Shown here: piece by piece, positions 20,020 through 29,781 of the stretch
Numbering within the stretch: the stretch's first letter is position 1
Layout of the letters: each line of letters starts with the position of its first letter
Origin: Longimicrobiales bacterium
GTDB taxonomy: Bacteria; Gemmatimonadota; Gemmatimonadetes; Longimicrobiales; Gaopeijiaceae
Assembly: GCA_965218295.1 (NCBI GenBank)
Contig: CBDCKN010000012.1
Location: forward strand, 178,871-242,870
Direction of reading: 5' to 3'
DNA length: 64,000 nt
The notes under the pieces: model-generated
Told to the model about the DNA's origin: nothing
Database searches by the model: none
The model's input: only the letters and a program-made list of their open reading frames with translations
Made by a program: the position numbers and the translations under genes

Positions 20020-20216
20020 AGCTCTTCCTCCTCGGGGCCGTGCGGATCCTCCGAGGCGTCTCGGATCTCGTCCTCGCTGCCCACGTCCTCGGAGAAGAGG
20101 CCGTACTCTTCGGCCAATGAGGCCGGCACCTCGAGGGCCTCACCCCCGTCCCGCGCGAGCTCGCGGTCGAAGTCGTCGAGCGTCTCGACGCGAACGATCT
20201 TGTCGTCGCTTTCCAT
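20016..20216 (-). CDS. Small highly acidic protein (66 aa)
   Basis: AAGGAG RBS; stop overlaps the ardC ATG; 25 D/E versus 5 K/R. Confidence 0.7.
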   Translation of the reverse strand: MESDDKIVRVETLDDFDRELARDGGEALEVPASLAEEYGLFSEDVGSEDEIRDASEDPHGPEEEEL

Positions 20217-20220
20217 GGCC

Positions 20221-21204
20221 TCACTCCTTTTCTGTTTGTTCTTCATCGTCCTTCCTCCAGACGGGTTCGGTGAGCCAGCGGTTGGCGGCCGCCTCGTAGC
20301 CCTTCACACGGAGCGCTTCCTCGACGAACCGCCGGCCCCCTCGCCGGGTCATGTGGAGGACGAGATGGATCCCGTCGACCACGCCCCGGCAGGTGACCTC
20401 CCAGGGGAGCGCCCCTCCGGCCTGCATGGCGCAGCTCGCCAGGCGCGAGAGCGCCGAGCGGGCGTTGTTCGCGTGGACGGTGGTGAGCGATCCCCCGTGG
20501 CCGGTGTTCAGCGCCTGGAGGAGATCGGCGGCTTCGCCGCCCCTGACCTCGCCGACGACGATGTGGTCGGGCCGGTGGCGGAGCGCGTGCCGCACCAGGT
20601 CACGGATCGACACGGGCGCCTCGGAGCCCACCGCCCCGGCCTCGAACCGCAGGCAGTTGGTCCGGTCGATCCTGAGCTCGAGCGTGTCCTCGATGGCGAC
20701 GATCCGCTCCTCCTCTGGGAGCAGTTCGATCAGGGCGTTCAGCAGTGTGGTCTTCCCCGAGCCGGTGCCTCCGGAGACCAGGATGTTCCGGCGGGAGGCC
20801 AGCACCTTCCGGGCGGCGCGGAACACCGTCTCTGGCATGGCGCCCTGGCCGACGAGGTCGTCGGCTGAGAACGCGCGGCCCCCGAACCGGCGGATCGTCA
20901 TAGCCACGTGGGGGCTCGCGGGCGGCGTGCAGATGGCGACGCGGGAGCCGTCCTCGAGCCGCGCGTCGAGGATGGGCCGTGTGGCCGGATCGAGCCCGAG
21001 CGGCCTGGCGATGTGGATCGCCGCCCGGTGGAGCGCGGCGGCGGTGAGCGCCGGTGCCTCGAGGGGCTCGAGCTGACCGCCGCGCTCGACCCAGACGTTG
21101 CCGGGGCCGTTGATCATCAGCTCGGAGACCTCCGGATCCTCGAGCACGGCCTCGAGGCCCGGCAGGAACGGTCGCAGGTGCGCGATCCCGCTGGCGCGCT
21201 TCAT
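20221..21204 (-). CDS. virB11: VirB11/CpaF-family secretion ATPase
   Basis: DPEVSELMING; SGGTGSGKTT; IEDTLEL; LRHRPDHIVVGEVRG; NTGHGGSLTTVHA; ATG overlaps the virD4 stop. Confidence 0.88.
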   Translation of the reverse strand: MKRASGIAHLRPFLPGLEAVLEDPEVSELMINGPGNVWVERGGQLEPLEAPALTAAALHRAAIHIARPLGLDPATRPILDARLEDGSRVAICTPPASPHVAMTIRRFGGRAFSADDLVGQGAMPETVFRAARKVLASRRNILVSGGTGSGKTTLLNALIELLPEEERIVAIEDTLELRIDRTNCLRFEAGAVGSEAPVSIRDLVRHALRHRPDHIVVGEVRGGEAADLLQALNTGHGGSLTTVHANNARSALSRLASCAMQAGGALPWEVTCRGVVDGIHLVLHMTRRGGRRFVEEALRVKGYEAAANRWLTEPVWRKDDEEQTEKE

Positions 21205-22481
21205 AGCCGGCCATCCTCGCGGAGCCGCCAGTAGCCCACGTCCCTCGGCAGGTAGTGGGGCTTCAGGTAGACGCGCCGGGCCGGAAGGGACTTCGTGCCG
21301 TCGTAGGGCAGGCAGATCGCCTGGTAGTTGGCGAGGAGTGTGAAGTCCCTCGGCGTGAACACCGGCTCCCGGGCCTGCCGGAACGACTTGCTCGCGCCGA
21401 TCGTGCCCCGTCCGCCTCCGGCGCGTCCCGAGAGCAGCGAGAACTCCGGCCGGCCCGTGGTCTCGGTGAACGTGTAGGAGGGCTGCGTCTTCATGACGCT
21501 GCCGCACATCTCCGAGGCGATCCTGGCCGAGGACTCGTCGGAGAGCGACAGGAAGATCCGGGTGCGGAGCGTCTGGACCAGCGTGCGCCAGGCCTCCGTG
21601 CCCGACAGCACGGAGCGGAGCGAGGAGATCGACTGCGTGGCCACGATCGGGATGCAGCGGCACTGCCGCGTCAACGCGAACGCCTTCTCGTCGCCAGCGG
21701 GGTCGTCCTGGCCCACGGTGGCGAACGCCTGGTACTCGTCGCAGATGAACACTGCGGGCCGGAGGTAGCGGCCGGGCCGGCGGGCGGCCTCGGCGGGCCG
21801 GCGTAGGAGCGCCTGCATCCAGGCGTTCTTGAGCAGCACGCCGATCGCGCGACCGAGCGCCGGGTTGGCGCCCGCGGGCATGTTGAGGGCGAGGACCCGG
21901 CCCGACTCGATCAGCTCGGCGAGCGGCGGCAGCCGGCGGCGGAGGCCCGGCATGGGCCGGACGGCCTCGGGGTCCTCGTCCGGCGCAGCACTATACATAT
22001 GTATGGATTCGTCCGGGTCCGGAGCCGGCGGACAGAACACGCTCGCGACCTGCGGCTGGTCGAAGAGCGAGAGGAAGACGGAGATGCCCTCGACGATCGA
22101 GGTGCGGAGCTTGGCATCGAGCGCCATCCAGTCATGGAGGTACCACCGCTCGATGGCCTCCACCTGGTCCTTGAGTTCGCTCCCCGCGCCGCTCTCGCCT
22201 TCCTCGGTCTCGAACGGGATCTTGAGCTCGGCGAGCCGATCCCGGAGGACCGGGTCGAGCCGGCACGTCACCGTGTCCTCACCGGAGGTATATATCCAGA
22301 CCCAGTCATTCAGCGCTTCCGGATGGCCGATCATGTCGTCGTGGGAGATGACGACGCGCGCCGGGCACGCCTCAGCCACCAGGTCCTGGGCCTCGCGGAT
22401 TCTCTCGGCGAATAGTTCCGCGTCGATCGTGCAGCGGTAGACGTCCTGCAGCGTGACCCAGCCCCCCGGCAAGAGCCGGTG
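21201..22481 (-). pseudogene. virD4: VirD4/TraD-like coupling protein, 3' segment (interrupted gene)
   Basis: Walker B FICDEYQAF, IVATQSISSL; continues in frame from 45830-45771 across the GCCGGTG core. Confidence 0.85.
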
Positions 22482-22892
22482 CAACCTATCTAAAAGGCTC
22501 GTAAGTCGTTGTGGCTAAAAGCTCATCTGCTCTGGGTATCTGTATTGTGCCCCCAGAGTTGCCCCATAATCGCACCCGCATCCAGCGCTCGCCATCAGCG
22601 TCCATTGCGATCCAGCATAGCGGAGCCATCGTCTCGGCCCCGCGGGTGCCAGCTGGCCGGCGCGACCGCCCCACAGGGCAGCCTAGTAAGAATCATGCTA
22701 TATCATCCTATCGGGTCCGATAATGTATAACCTAGGATGTGGTACCACTCTTGGGGGCAGGTCAGTTCACTGCCGTGGGCCATGAAGAACAACAAGGCAC
22801 TCGACGACAAGGGGCGTCCGACGCCCGCGACGAAGGGACGGAAAAGGAAGAGCTGGGACTTCCGTTCTGCCCCTAATCGCCCCGGCTGGAAG

Positions 22893-25800
22893 CTAAGGGT
22901 CGGCGGTGGGGTCAAAGCCGAGGTTTCTGGCCCAATCGAAAGCTTGCTCCAAAAGCTTCCGCTGCGAAGGCATCAGCTGGTCCCCTGCCTGAATGAGTCG
23001 GGGAAGTGCCTCAAGTTGATCGTAGACCGACCACTCCACTTGGGGTCGCAGGACGATCCAGCGACACAATCGACGAACCAAGACCTCCTCTGGCACTGGT
23101 GCCGGAGGGACGGCAGCAGTTGCGCGCTCAACCTCAACATCGACCTCCCCGGTCGAGGTCGCGAAACCTGCCCGATCCCTCACGACAACGCCTGAGGTCT
23201 CGACCGGGGAAGGAACGAGATCGGGGGACTCCGAGATATCAGGCACCTCGACTTCGACTGCGGGATCCATGAGCGTCTGCATGGCGTCCCGAGTAGGTTG
23301 CCGGGCGAGCCCCTTGAGGACCATATCGATCTCTCTTTCGGGATTGAGAAGCCACCTTCGCCCCGAGACTCGGTGCACGGGCCACCCAGCACGCTCTATT
23401 ATGTCCTGACGTTGGTAATCCTCGGGCCTGAGTTGCCCCAAATCGTCCATCTTCCAATCCCCGTCGCATTCCACCGCTAGCTGGCGCCCGCCGGAGTCCT
23501 CTACGACCAAGTCGATCAGATATCGACCACAAGGAACCTGTGTCGTGACTCGCAGTTCGTGGTCCCGCAGTCTATTGCAAACGGCTTCCTCGAATCGGCT
23601 ATCGAATTGATCGGGCCATTCTCCCTCTACATCCCAAGCTTCTGCTCGATCATGCACTCCTTTCGCGTGTTCCAGGAAGCCTCGGATGGCGCCGTTCGGG
23701 AACTGGTGCACTGGCAACGAAACGAAGCAGATCGCCCTCTCCTTCGCTCTAGTGAATGCGACGTTCAGCCTCTCTTCATACCGTTGAATGGTCGTGATCG
23801 AGCCCGCATGGCTCGAGGGACCTTGTCGAAAGGAGTAGAGGATGATGTGGCGCTCGTCACCCTGAAACCCGTCTGCCGTCGAAGCGACAATCTGGTGCCG
23901 TTTGATCAAGTCTGGGTCTTGGTGGAACTCTCGAGCCAGAAGTAGCTGGATTAACTCCGCTTGATGCCGAAACGGAGAGATAGCACCTATCGTCTTGCCC
24001 CTACCCTCTCCTGATGTGATAAGGCGGCGGATCTCGCTTACCACCGCTGCACATTCCTGAGGGTTAACTTTTCTGTCACGGTCCTCGTCGGCCTGCATGA
24101 GCTCTCGCACTTCGAGGGGGAACCTCGCCCGGTCAGGCACACGACGAGTGAGGATCTGGAGCTGATTGTCGTAGAATCGGTCATTTGACCACCGGATAAT
24201 GGCTGGGTCGCAGCGAAAATGCTCGTCTAGAAACCGGCTCGCATTACTGCAGGCTTCGGCAAGTTCCAGCAGACTCCCCTTGCCGTCCAGAAAATGAGCC
24301 TTGGGGTGTCGGTCGATCTGGTACTCCGCCTGAAGCAACCGTACAGTGTTTCCTGAGAGGAACATGGAGGTCACTGGCTGTAGCTGCTTCTTGTCACCTA
24401 CGACGATCATCTTCCTTGCCCTGAACGCCAAAGGAAGGGCCGTCGCTTGGCTGCACTGGGATGCTTCGTCAACAATCAGATAGTCGAACAGGCCCGCCTT
24501 CGGCGGGAACAGGCGCGCCGCATCATCGATAGTGCAGATCCAACAGGGGAACACTCTCAACACAGCGTCGTAGTCGATCGAGTCTCTCAAGGCTAACAAC
24601 GAGTCGTTGAGACGCTTTCGCGCTAACAGCTTCCTGAGTGTCAGTAGGGGAACGCGGATCGCTGGAAACTGCAGCGCCTTATACGCGGCTAGTTCCCGTT
24701 TCCTCTTGATGATCTCCGAAATCATCCTGCGACGCTTCTCTTGACCCTTACTGAGTGCCTCTGAGATCTCCTCCAGATTGTCCGGATGCACCGACAGACT
24801 GCCTCTAATCAGACCGGAAAGGCGATGGGCTTCCATCGCCTTTTCAGCTTCACGGAGCCAATCAGGAATCTCTCTGCGGTCCTGAATGAGCGATCGGATT
24901 TCTTCGAGTGTATTGGAAAGGTGAGACAGTTCGACCGTTTCCAAGTCAAGCATCCGTCGGTAGTACCCGTAGTTGCGGGTCAACCTCTTAAGCTGTCCGA
25001 GGGCTTCCGACGCTTCTTCCGACAGGACGCCTTCTTGGATTCCGTCCGCCACGGCTGCAACCCGCCCCCGCCAGGGTTCTTGCAGACTTAGCGCACCGAT
25101 TAGGCCACTTGTGACACTCTGGCGGGCAATCCACCGTCGTGCCTCTTTCAGAGCGTCTGCCAGTAAGTCCCGTGAATCTGCGGTAGCAAGGAGGTGAGGA
25201 TTTCCGTCGTCCCCAAACGCACTATTGAAATCCTCCAGCGGTATCGTTTCCAACTGAATGAGCATCTGAACAGCGGTATCCGCCCGCGACGCTACGCGAA
25301 GGACAAGCTCCTTGCCCCTCGGCCGAGTTGACCCAAGGGACTCCAGCGGGACACGGGGGAGAAGGTCGTTGAATTGAATCTCAGCTTCGGTGTAGGATTC
25401 CAACCACAGCAGGGCGTTGTTGATGTCACGGAGATCCGACAGTCGACTCCCCCTTCGCACACCGAAGTCCCACTCTCTCAGGCGACGTCGGGACCGGTAT
25501 ACTTCTGGGCTAAGGAACCACCATAGGAGATTGGAACCGCGTTCGCGTAGTATCTCAGCATCCTTGCGGATCCGACCTGCGCCAGCTTCCAGCGCGTTCC
25601 AGTCGTACTCTGAGCCCCTTAGGGTCGAAGCCTGGAAAAATCTGGTCAGGCTCCGCATACTGGCCAGCCATTTATCGAGTCGCTCTCTCCGTATCGAGGA
25701 GAGGGCCTCAAGCCAATTGCTTAGTGTATCGACCTCCTCGGGACGCTGACCGAGATCTCGGAGGTTTCGTTCGATAGCGGGACCCTCTGAAGCGAGCCAT

Positions 25801-27539
25801 TCCTCCAGCCGCGAGATAACAGCAAGAGGCTGATCTCGGTCTAAAGCGGTCAGGCGCTCCGCGATACTACGACCAGAATCACTGACAGGAGTGTCGAGGG
25901 ACTCCGCACTCTCAATCAGATTTAAGAGAGTCTTGGCAATCCCCGTCTCTCTTACACGGGTCGTCTGAGGGCCATCTGGTCGAAAGACGGCTTCGAACGA
26001 GGGAAGCCCCGAGAGAAGGGGTTGGAACAGGTTCGCCCACTCCCGCAGAAGTCTCGCAGTTTCCTGCGGTTGCTCTTCCACAGGGTCGTCTAGGGGAGAC
26101 ATCTGGTCGTACTCGCGGAGGTCCTCATAGCGAGAGAAGCTCGGGAATTCCTCATGCTCGAGACGTCGGAGTTCCATGAAACGCCGGCTAAGCCGCCGGA
26201 GCTCTCGGTCGTTCTGTAGCTGTGCCGCCTGCCCCCGTTCGATGGACTCCGCAGTGAGGTGGTCCGGAGGACGGTCCTGTATGCCCTCCAGCTGTGTCCG
26301 CAACTTCTGTAACGATTCTTGATCGCCAGACAGCATCGATAGAGCTAGTCCGTCGAATCCGCTGAGCATCTTGCTCAGCACCTCCATCGCCTTTCGCTGG
26401 TGACTCGTCACGAGTACGGAGTGGCCTTCGGTAACCAGGTGGCAAACCAGATTGGCGATCGTTTGGGACTTGCCGGTTCCGGGTGGTCCTTGGACGGTCA
26501 GGACATCGACACGGGTGGCCGTCTGGGCAACTTCACGTTGGGCCCGATTCGATGGAAACGGGAACCACAGCGGGTCTCCGCCGTCTGCAGTATCCTCAAA
26601 CGGGAGGTGTATCGCGTCGAACTCGGGCGCTCCCTCTCGGGGAACATCTCCGACGATTTGGGCGAGGACGCTGTCGCCCCCGGGATTGGACTGTGCCCCG
26701 ATCGCTCTGAGATCGGACAGAAGAAACGCGTAGGAGCGGGGCCCGTTCGCGAGAACCGGCCTCATCGTAATGAGAGCGGGGTTTGGGTCCTTGAGAGAAC
26801 CCAGCTGTTGCAGGAATTCCTTCAGCGAGCAGTCTAATGCGGCGATTTCTTCGCACTGGGCCAGAGGTTCGAAAATCCCTGTGAGCACCTGTATCAGTTC
26901 AGGGATCCTGGCCGGTCCGAAACCATCATCGTAGAGGAGAGGTAGGAGTTTCTCGTTTGCAAGTGAGATGTCATCGGGGTCATCCGCCAACTTGCCCAGG
27001 AGAATCGTGTTCAGGTCAGGGGTACTGTTCCTTCGGCGTAGACGGACTTCACGGCTCCTCGGGTCGTAGTCAATATCCATCTCCCAGACCAACAAAGGCC
27101 CCGTGATGAGTCTCCGGCCCATCCGAGCCCCAATGAGTGGGAACCCCAGCAGCGTTTCCCGGTTGTGAGGATCGTTTCGCTGCTTTCTTGCTATTCGGCG
27201 CAGTGTTGCCGCAGCTTGGGGGTCAGGGCCCTCTAGCTGTTCGCCCTGCCCCGTAGAGTCCTGTTCGTCGCCAGCGGCTTCCTCCTCTTCTAGCCCCGCC
27301 AACTCAAGCTCTGCGTCCTCCGCCTCCGAACTAGAGTTGACCTCGAGTTTCAGGCAGAGCTGCGCCGCTTCAAAGATCTCCTCGTCGCCCTGGGCGAAGC
27401 TCGCCAAGTCCGCTGTGAGGCCATACCGCAGGGCCTTCCGCAGGTCATGAAGGTGTGTAGCTCCGGACTGAGAGCGGAGAAGCGCGTCATAGAACTTCGC
27501 GAGGCGCGGGGTCCAGGCTCGCCAATCGAACTCAGCCAT
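22893..27539 (-). CDS. UPF1-like SF1 helicase fused to C-terminal Vsr/DUF559-like nuclease (1548 aa)
   Basis: QGPPGTGKS; IVDEASQ; VGDKKQL; EHFRC; DGFQGDE; RLNVAFTRAK; then DSRFEE...IDLVV...LAVECDG...RQDIIERAGW. Confidence 0.9.
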   Translation of the reverse strand: MAEFDWRAWTPRLAKFYDALLRSQSGATHLHDLRKALRYGLTADLASFAQGDEEIFEAAQLCLKLEVNSSSEAEDAELELAGLEEEEAAGDEQDSTGQGEQLEGPDPQAAATLRRIARKQRNDPHNRETLLGFPLIGARMGRRLITGPLLVWEMDIDYDPRSREVRLRRRNSTPDLNTILLGKLADDPDDISLANEKLLPLLYDDGFGPARIPELIQVLTGIFEPLAQCEEIAALDCSLKEFLQQLGSLKDPNPALITMRPVLANGPRSYAFLLSDLRAIGAQSNPGGDSVLAQIVGDVPREGAPEFDAIHLPFEDTADGGDPLWFPFPSNRAQREVAQTATRVDVLTVQGPPGTGKSQTIANLVCHLVTEGHSVLVTSHQRKAMEVLSKMLSGFDGLALSMLSGDQESLQKLRTQLEGIQDRPPDHLTAESIERGQAAQLQNDRELRRLSRRFMELRRLEHEEFPSFSRYEDLREYDQMSPLDDPVEEQPQETARLLREWANLFQPLLSGLPSFEAVFRPDGPQTTRVRETGIAKTLLNLIESAESLDTPVSDSGRSIAERLTALDRDQPLAVISRLEEWLASEGPAIERNLRDLGQRPEEVDTLSNWLEALSSIRRERLDKWLASMRSLTRFFQASTLRGSEYDWNALEAGAGRIRKDAEILRERGSNLLWWFLSPEVYRSRRRLREWDFGVRRGSRLSDLRDINNALLWLESYTEAEIQFNDLLPRVPLESLGSTRPRGKELVLRVASRADTAVQMLIQLETIPLEDFNSAFGDDGNPHLLATADSRDLLADALKEARRWIARQSVTSGLIGALSLQEPWRGRVAAVADGIQEGVLSEEASEALGQLKRLTRNYGYYRRMLDLETVELSHLSNTLEEIRSLIQDRREIPDWLREAEKAMEAHRLSGLIRGSLSVHPDNLEEISEALSKGQEKRRRMISEIIKRKRELAAYKALQFPAIRVPLLTLRKLLARKRLNDSLLALRDSIDYDAVLRVFPCWICTIDDAARLFPPKAGLFDYLIVDEASQCSQATALPLAFRARKMIVVGDKKQLQPVTSMFLSGNTVRLLQAEYQIDRHPKAHFLDGKGSLLELAEACSNASRFLDEHFRCDPAIIRWSNDRFYDNQLQILTRRVPDRARFPLEVRELMQADEDRDRKVNPQECAAVVSEIRRLITSGEGRGKTIGAISPFRHQAELIQLLLAREFHQDPDLIKRHQIVASTADGFQGDERHIILYSFRQGPSSHAGSITTIQRYEERLNVAFTRAKERAICFVSLPVHQFPNGAIRGFLEHAKGVHDRAEAWDVEGEWPDQFDSRFEEAVCNRLRDHELRVTTQVPCGRYLIDLVVEDSGGRQLAVECDGDWKMDDLGQLRPEDYQRQDIIERAGWPVHRVSGRRWLLNPEREIDMVLKGLARQPTRDAMQTLMDPAVEVEVPDISESPDLVPSPVETSGVVVRDRAGFATSTGEVDVEVERATAAVPPAPVPEEVLVRRLCRWIVLRPQVEWSVYDQLEALPRLIQAGDQLMPSQRKLLEQAFDWARNLGFDPTADP

Positions 27540-27978
27540 CTGGATTCTCCGGAAGAATCCCCTCCTGTGAGTACCGAAGGACGATCTCTATGCGACGGTC
27601 TCTCGCTAGTGCGAGTGCGGTCGTGTCCGAAGGGTCAGAAAGTGGATGGAACTCTCCCCTTCCGACAGAACTGAGCCTAGCGTTTTGGAGGAGCGATGAC
27701 GACGAGAAGAGACGGACCACTTCAGTCGCCCTTCGAGCGGAGAGTTGCCAGTTGTCCTCGATCCCAGCCTGTTGGCAGACTATTCCGGTGACACCCTGCC
27801 GGTCGGCGTGCCCCTCTACCTGCACTGACTCAAAATAGGATTCCTGGTCGCCAAGGACTGCCCCTAGCACTATGAGGAGTTCACGCCCCGTCGGCCTCAG
27901 GTCGTCACGGCACTCCTCAAAGACCAACTCTCCCGTAACGGAACCTGTCAACGCCAGTGAGACACTCTTGGAAATCAA

Positions 27979-28986
27979 TTAGAGAGCAATCTCCTGTGTA
28001 GTGAGGGATGGGGTGGGAGGATTGATCCAGACGGCCTCCGGGAGTGGTTTAGGCTTCGGCTCACCGGAGACGAAGCGCTCGGGATGAGCGGCCCATGCCT
28101 CACGGAGCACGGCCTTCCTGCAGGCGATGATCCGATCGGCGTGACCGAAGTGGACCTGTTCGGGGGTCAGCATCGAGATGCCGCCATGGCGGTGCTCGGC
28201 ATTATACCAACGGAAGAACGAGCGACAGAAGGTCTTGGCTTGCCCCTGATCCCCGAACCGGCCGGGAAACGAGGGATGGTACTTCAAGGTCTTGAACTGA
28301 GCCTCGGAGAACGGATTGTCATCCGAGACCTGGGGTCGGCCCAACGAGCGGGTCACGCCGAGATCGGCGAGTAGTTGAGCCGTGCATTGGCTCGTCATCG
28401 GAGCCCCTCGATCGGAATGCAGGGTCAGGAGGTGGGGCTGGACGCCATGCTTCAAGCAACTCTGCTGGATCAGCCGGCTGGCCAGGGCAGAGTTCTCCCG
28501 ATCCGCCACCATCCATCCCACGACGTAGCGGCTGAAGATGTCCAGGATCACGTAGAGGTAGAAGTAACTCCACTTCTTCGGCCCCAGCAGCCGGGTGATA
28601 TCCCAGGACCAGACCTGGTTCGGGCCCCTCGCCATCAACTCGGGCTTCTGGTATTTGGGATGACTCCGCTGCGCTCGACGCTCCTGAACCGGCACCTGGG
28701 AAGCCAGAACGCGATACATCGTACGCTCGCTGCACAGGTAGACGTCCTCGTCGAGCAGCGTCGCCACCACCTCGGCTGGGGACCGGTCCACGAACCGCTC
28801 CGAACACAGGGTGTCGAAAATCTTGTCCCGCTCCCTCTCGCTTAAGGCCCGGGCGGGGGTCGGGCGGGGCTGCTGATGCCCGGTCGATGCACTCCGACGA
28901 CGGTAGAACGTGGCTCGCGGCACCCTGAGCGCATCGCACGCGGGCTTCACCCCTACGTGCTTGGCTAGCTCCTGGGTCGCCTTCAT
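27979..28986 (-). CDS. IS3-family OrfB DDE transposase
   Basis: PNQVWSWDIT; LDIFSRYVVGW; HSDRG; DNPFSEAQFKTLK. Confidence 0.92.
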   Translation of the reverse strand: MKATQELAKHVGVKPACDALRVPRATFYRRRSASTGHQQPRPTPARALSERERDKIFDTLCSERFVDRSPAEVVATLLDEDVYLCSERTMYRVLASQVPVQERRAQRSHPKYQKPELMARGPNQVWSWDITRLLGPKKWSYFYLYVILDIFSRYVVGWMVADRENSALASRLIQQSCLKHGVQPHLLTLHSDRGAPMTSQCTAQLLADLGVTRSLGRPQVSDDNPFSEAQFKTLKYHPSFPGRFGDQGQAKTFCRSFFRWYNAEHRHGGISMLTPEQVHFGHADRIIACRKAVLREAWAAHPERFVSGEPKPKPLPEAVWINPPTPSLTTQEIAL

Positions 28987-29432
28987 GAGTTCGTCCCGTC
29001 CTCGAGGCTCAATCCCAGCAGCCCTGCAACTTTTCCCTGGACGTCGATGATCAAGTGCGCCTTCTGGAGCTCCTTTTCGAGGCGAGTGTTCTCGCGCTCC
29101 AGCTTGCGCACCTTCTCCTCCAGCGGATTGCGCTCGCGCTTACGGCCTCGTTTCTTCGACAGCGCTTTCAGGGACCCGCTATGCGCCGCCTTGCGCCATG
29201 TCGTCAGGTGCGACGAGTACAAGCCCTCCCGCCGTAGGAGTCGGCCAACCTCTCCGGGCTCCGTGCACCGGTCCGCTTCTTCGACGATCCGCAGCTTGTA
29301 CGACGGAGCGAACCGCCGGCGCAGCGGCCTATCTACCACCTCCGAGTCCGCAGGAGCTGCCGCGCTTCGCTTACCGTCCCAGGTTGGTGGGGCTATTCCA
29401 TTCTCTTTCATTCTCTCTCGGTGTCTCAGCAT
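28983..29432 (-). CDS. IS3-family OrfA (HTH)
   Basis: RRRFAPSYKLRIV...LLRREGLYSSHLTTWR plus coiled coil. Confidence 0.85.
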   Translation of the reverse strand: MLRHRERMKENGIAPPTWDGKRSAAAPADSEVVDRPLRRRFAPSYKLRIVEEADRCTEPGEVGRLLRREGLYSSHLTTWRKAAHSGSLKALSKKRGRKRERNPLEEKVRKLERENTRLEKELQKAHLIIDVQGKVAGLLGLSLEDGTNS

Positions 29433-29781
29433 CCTCGGTTTCTCTGCCTTCGCCCTACTCTAATTCCTTAGCTGCTCCGTGTCTCACGTAAGTTGGCAGA
29501 GAGGGTAACTCGGATCCGCTGACTAAGGCCGTCTTCACTCACAACCTCGACGTCGATTCCCTCCCGCCGACCAGCCTCTGCCCGGATCTGGACTGCGACT
29601 AGGTGCTTCCGGCGTTCAATTTCTTCTTGGACGAAAATCTGTTCGTAATTGAGAAATTGGGCCAGGATGAACAACACAAAAACGAGAAGCATGGACAACG
29701 CCACATCGCCGAGTGTTGCCCAGTGCTTGGCCTCCTCATTTCGATGGTCGCCAGGGCTCGGAGACAGCCGCGTGTCCATGA

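Larger units (their letters stand above)
27940..29504 (-). mobile_element. IS3-family insertion sequence
   Basis: orfA/orfB; imperfect inverted repeats TGTCAAC...GTGAGACAC and GTGTCTCAC...GTTGGCA; flanking GTAAC duplication (27935-27939, 29505-29509); exact ends uncertain by a few bp. Confidence 0.85.
27532..29779 (-). pseudogene. ZorB/MotB-like protein (TM Asp plus OmpA-like domain) split by an IS
   Basis: N-part WATLGDVALSMLLVFVLF; C-part VEGHAD...NWQLSARRA...RRIEI; rejoins in frame (SQRIR-VTG-ELVF, 225 aa) when 27940-29504 and one GTAAC are removed. Confidence 0.85.

Noticed and set aside
20221..21663. 480-aa ATPase as given in the ORF track
   Set aside because: N-terminal extension overlaps virD4; the coupled ATG at 21204 is the more plausible start
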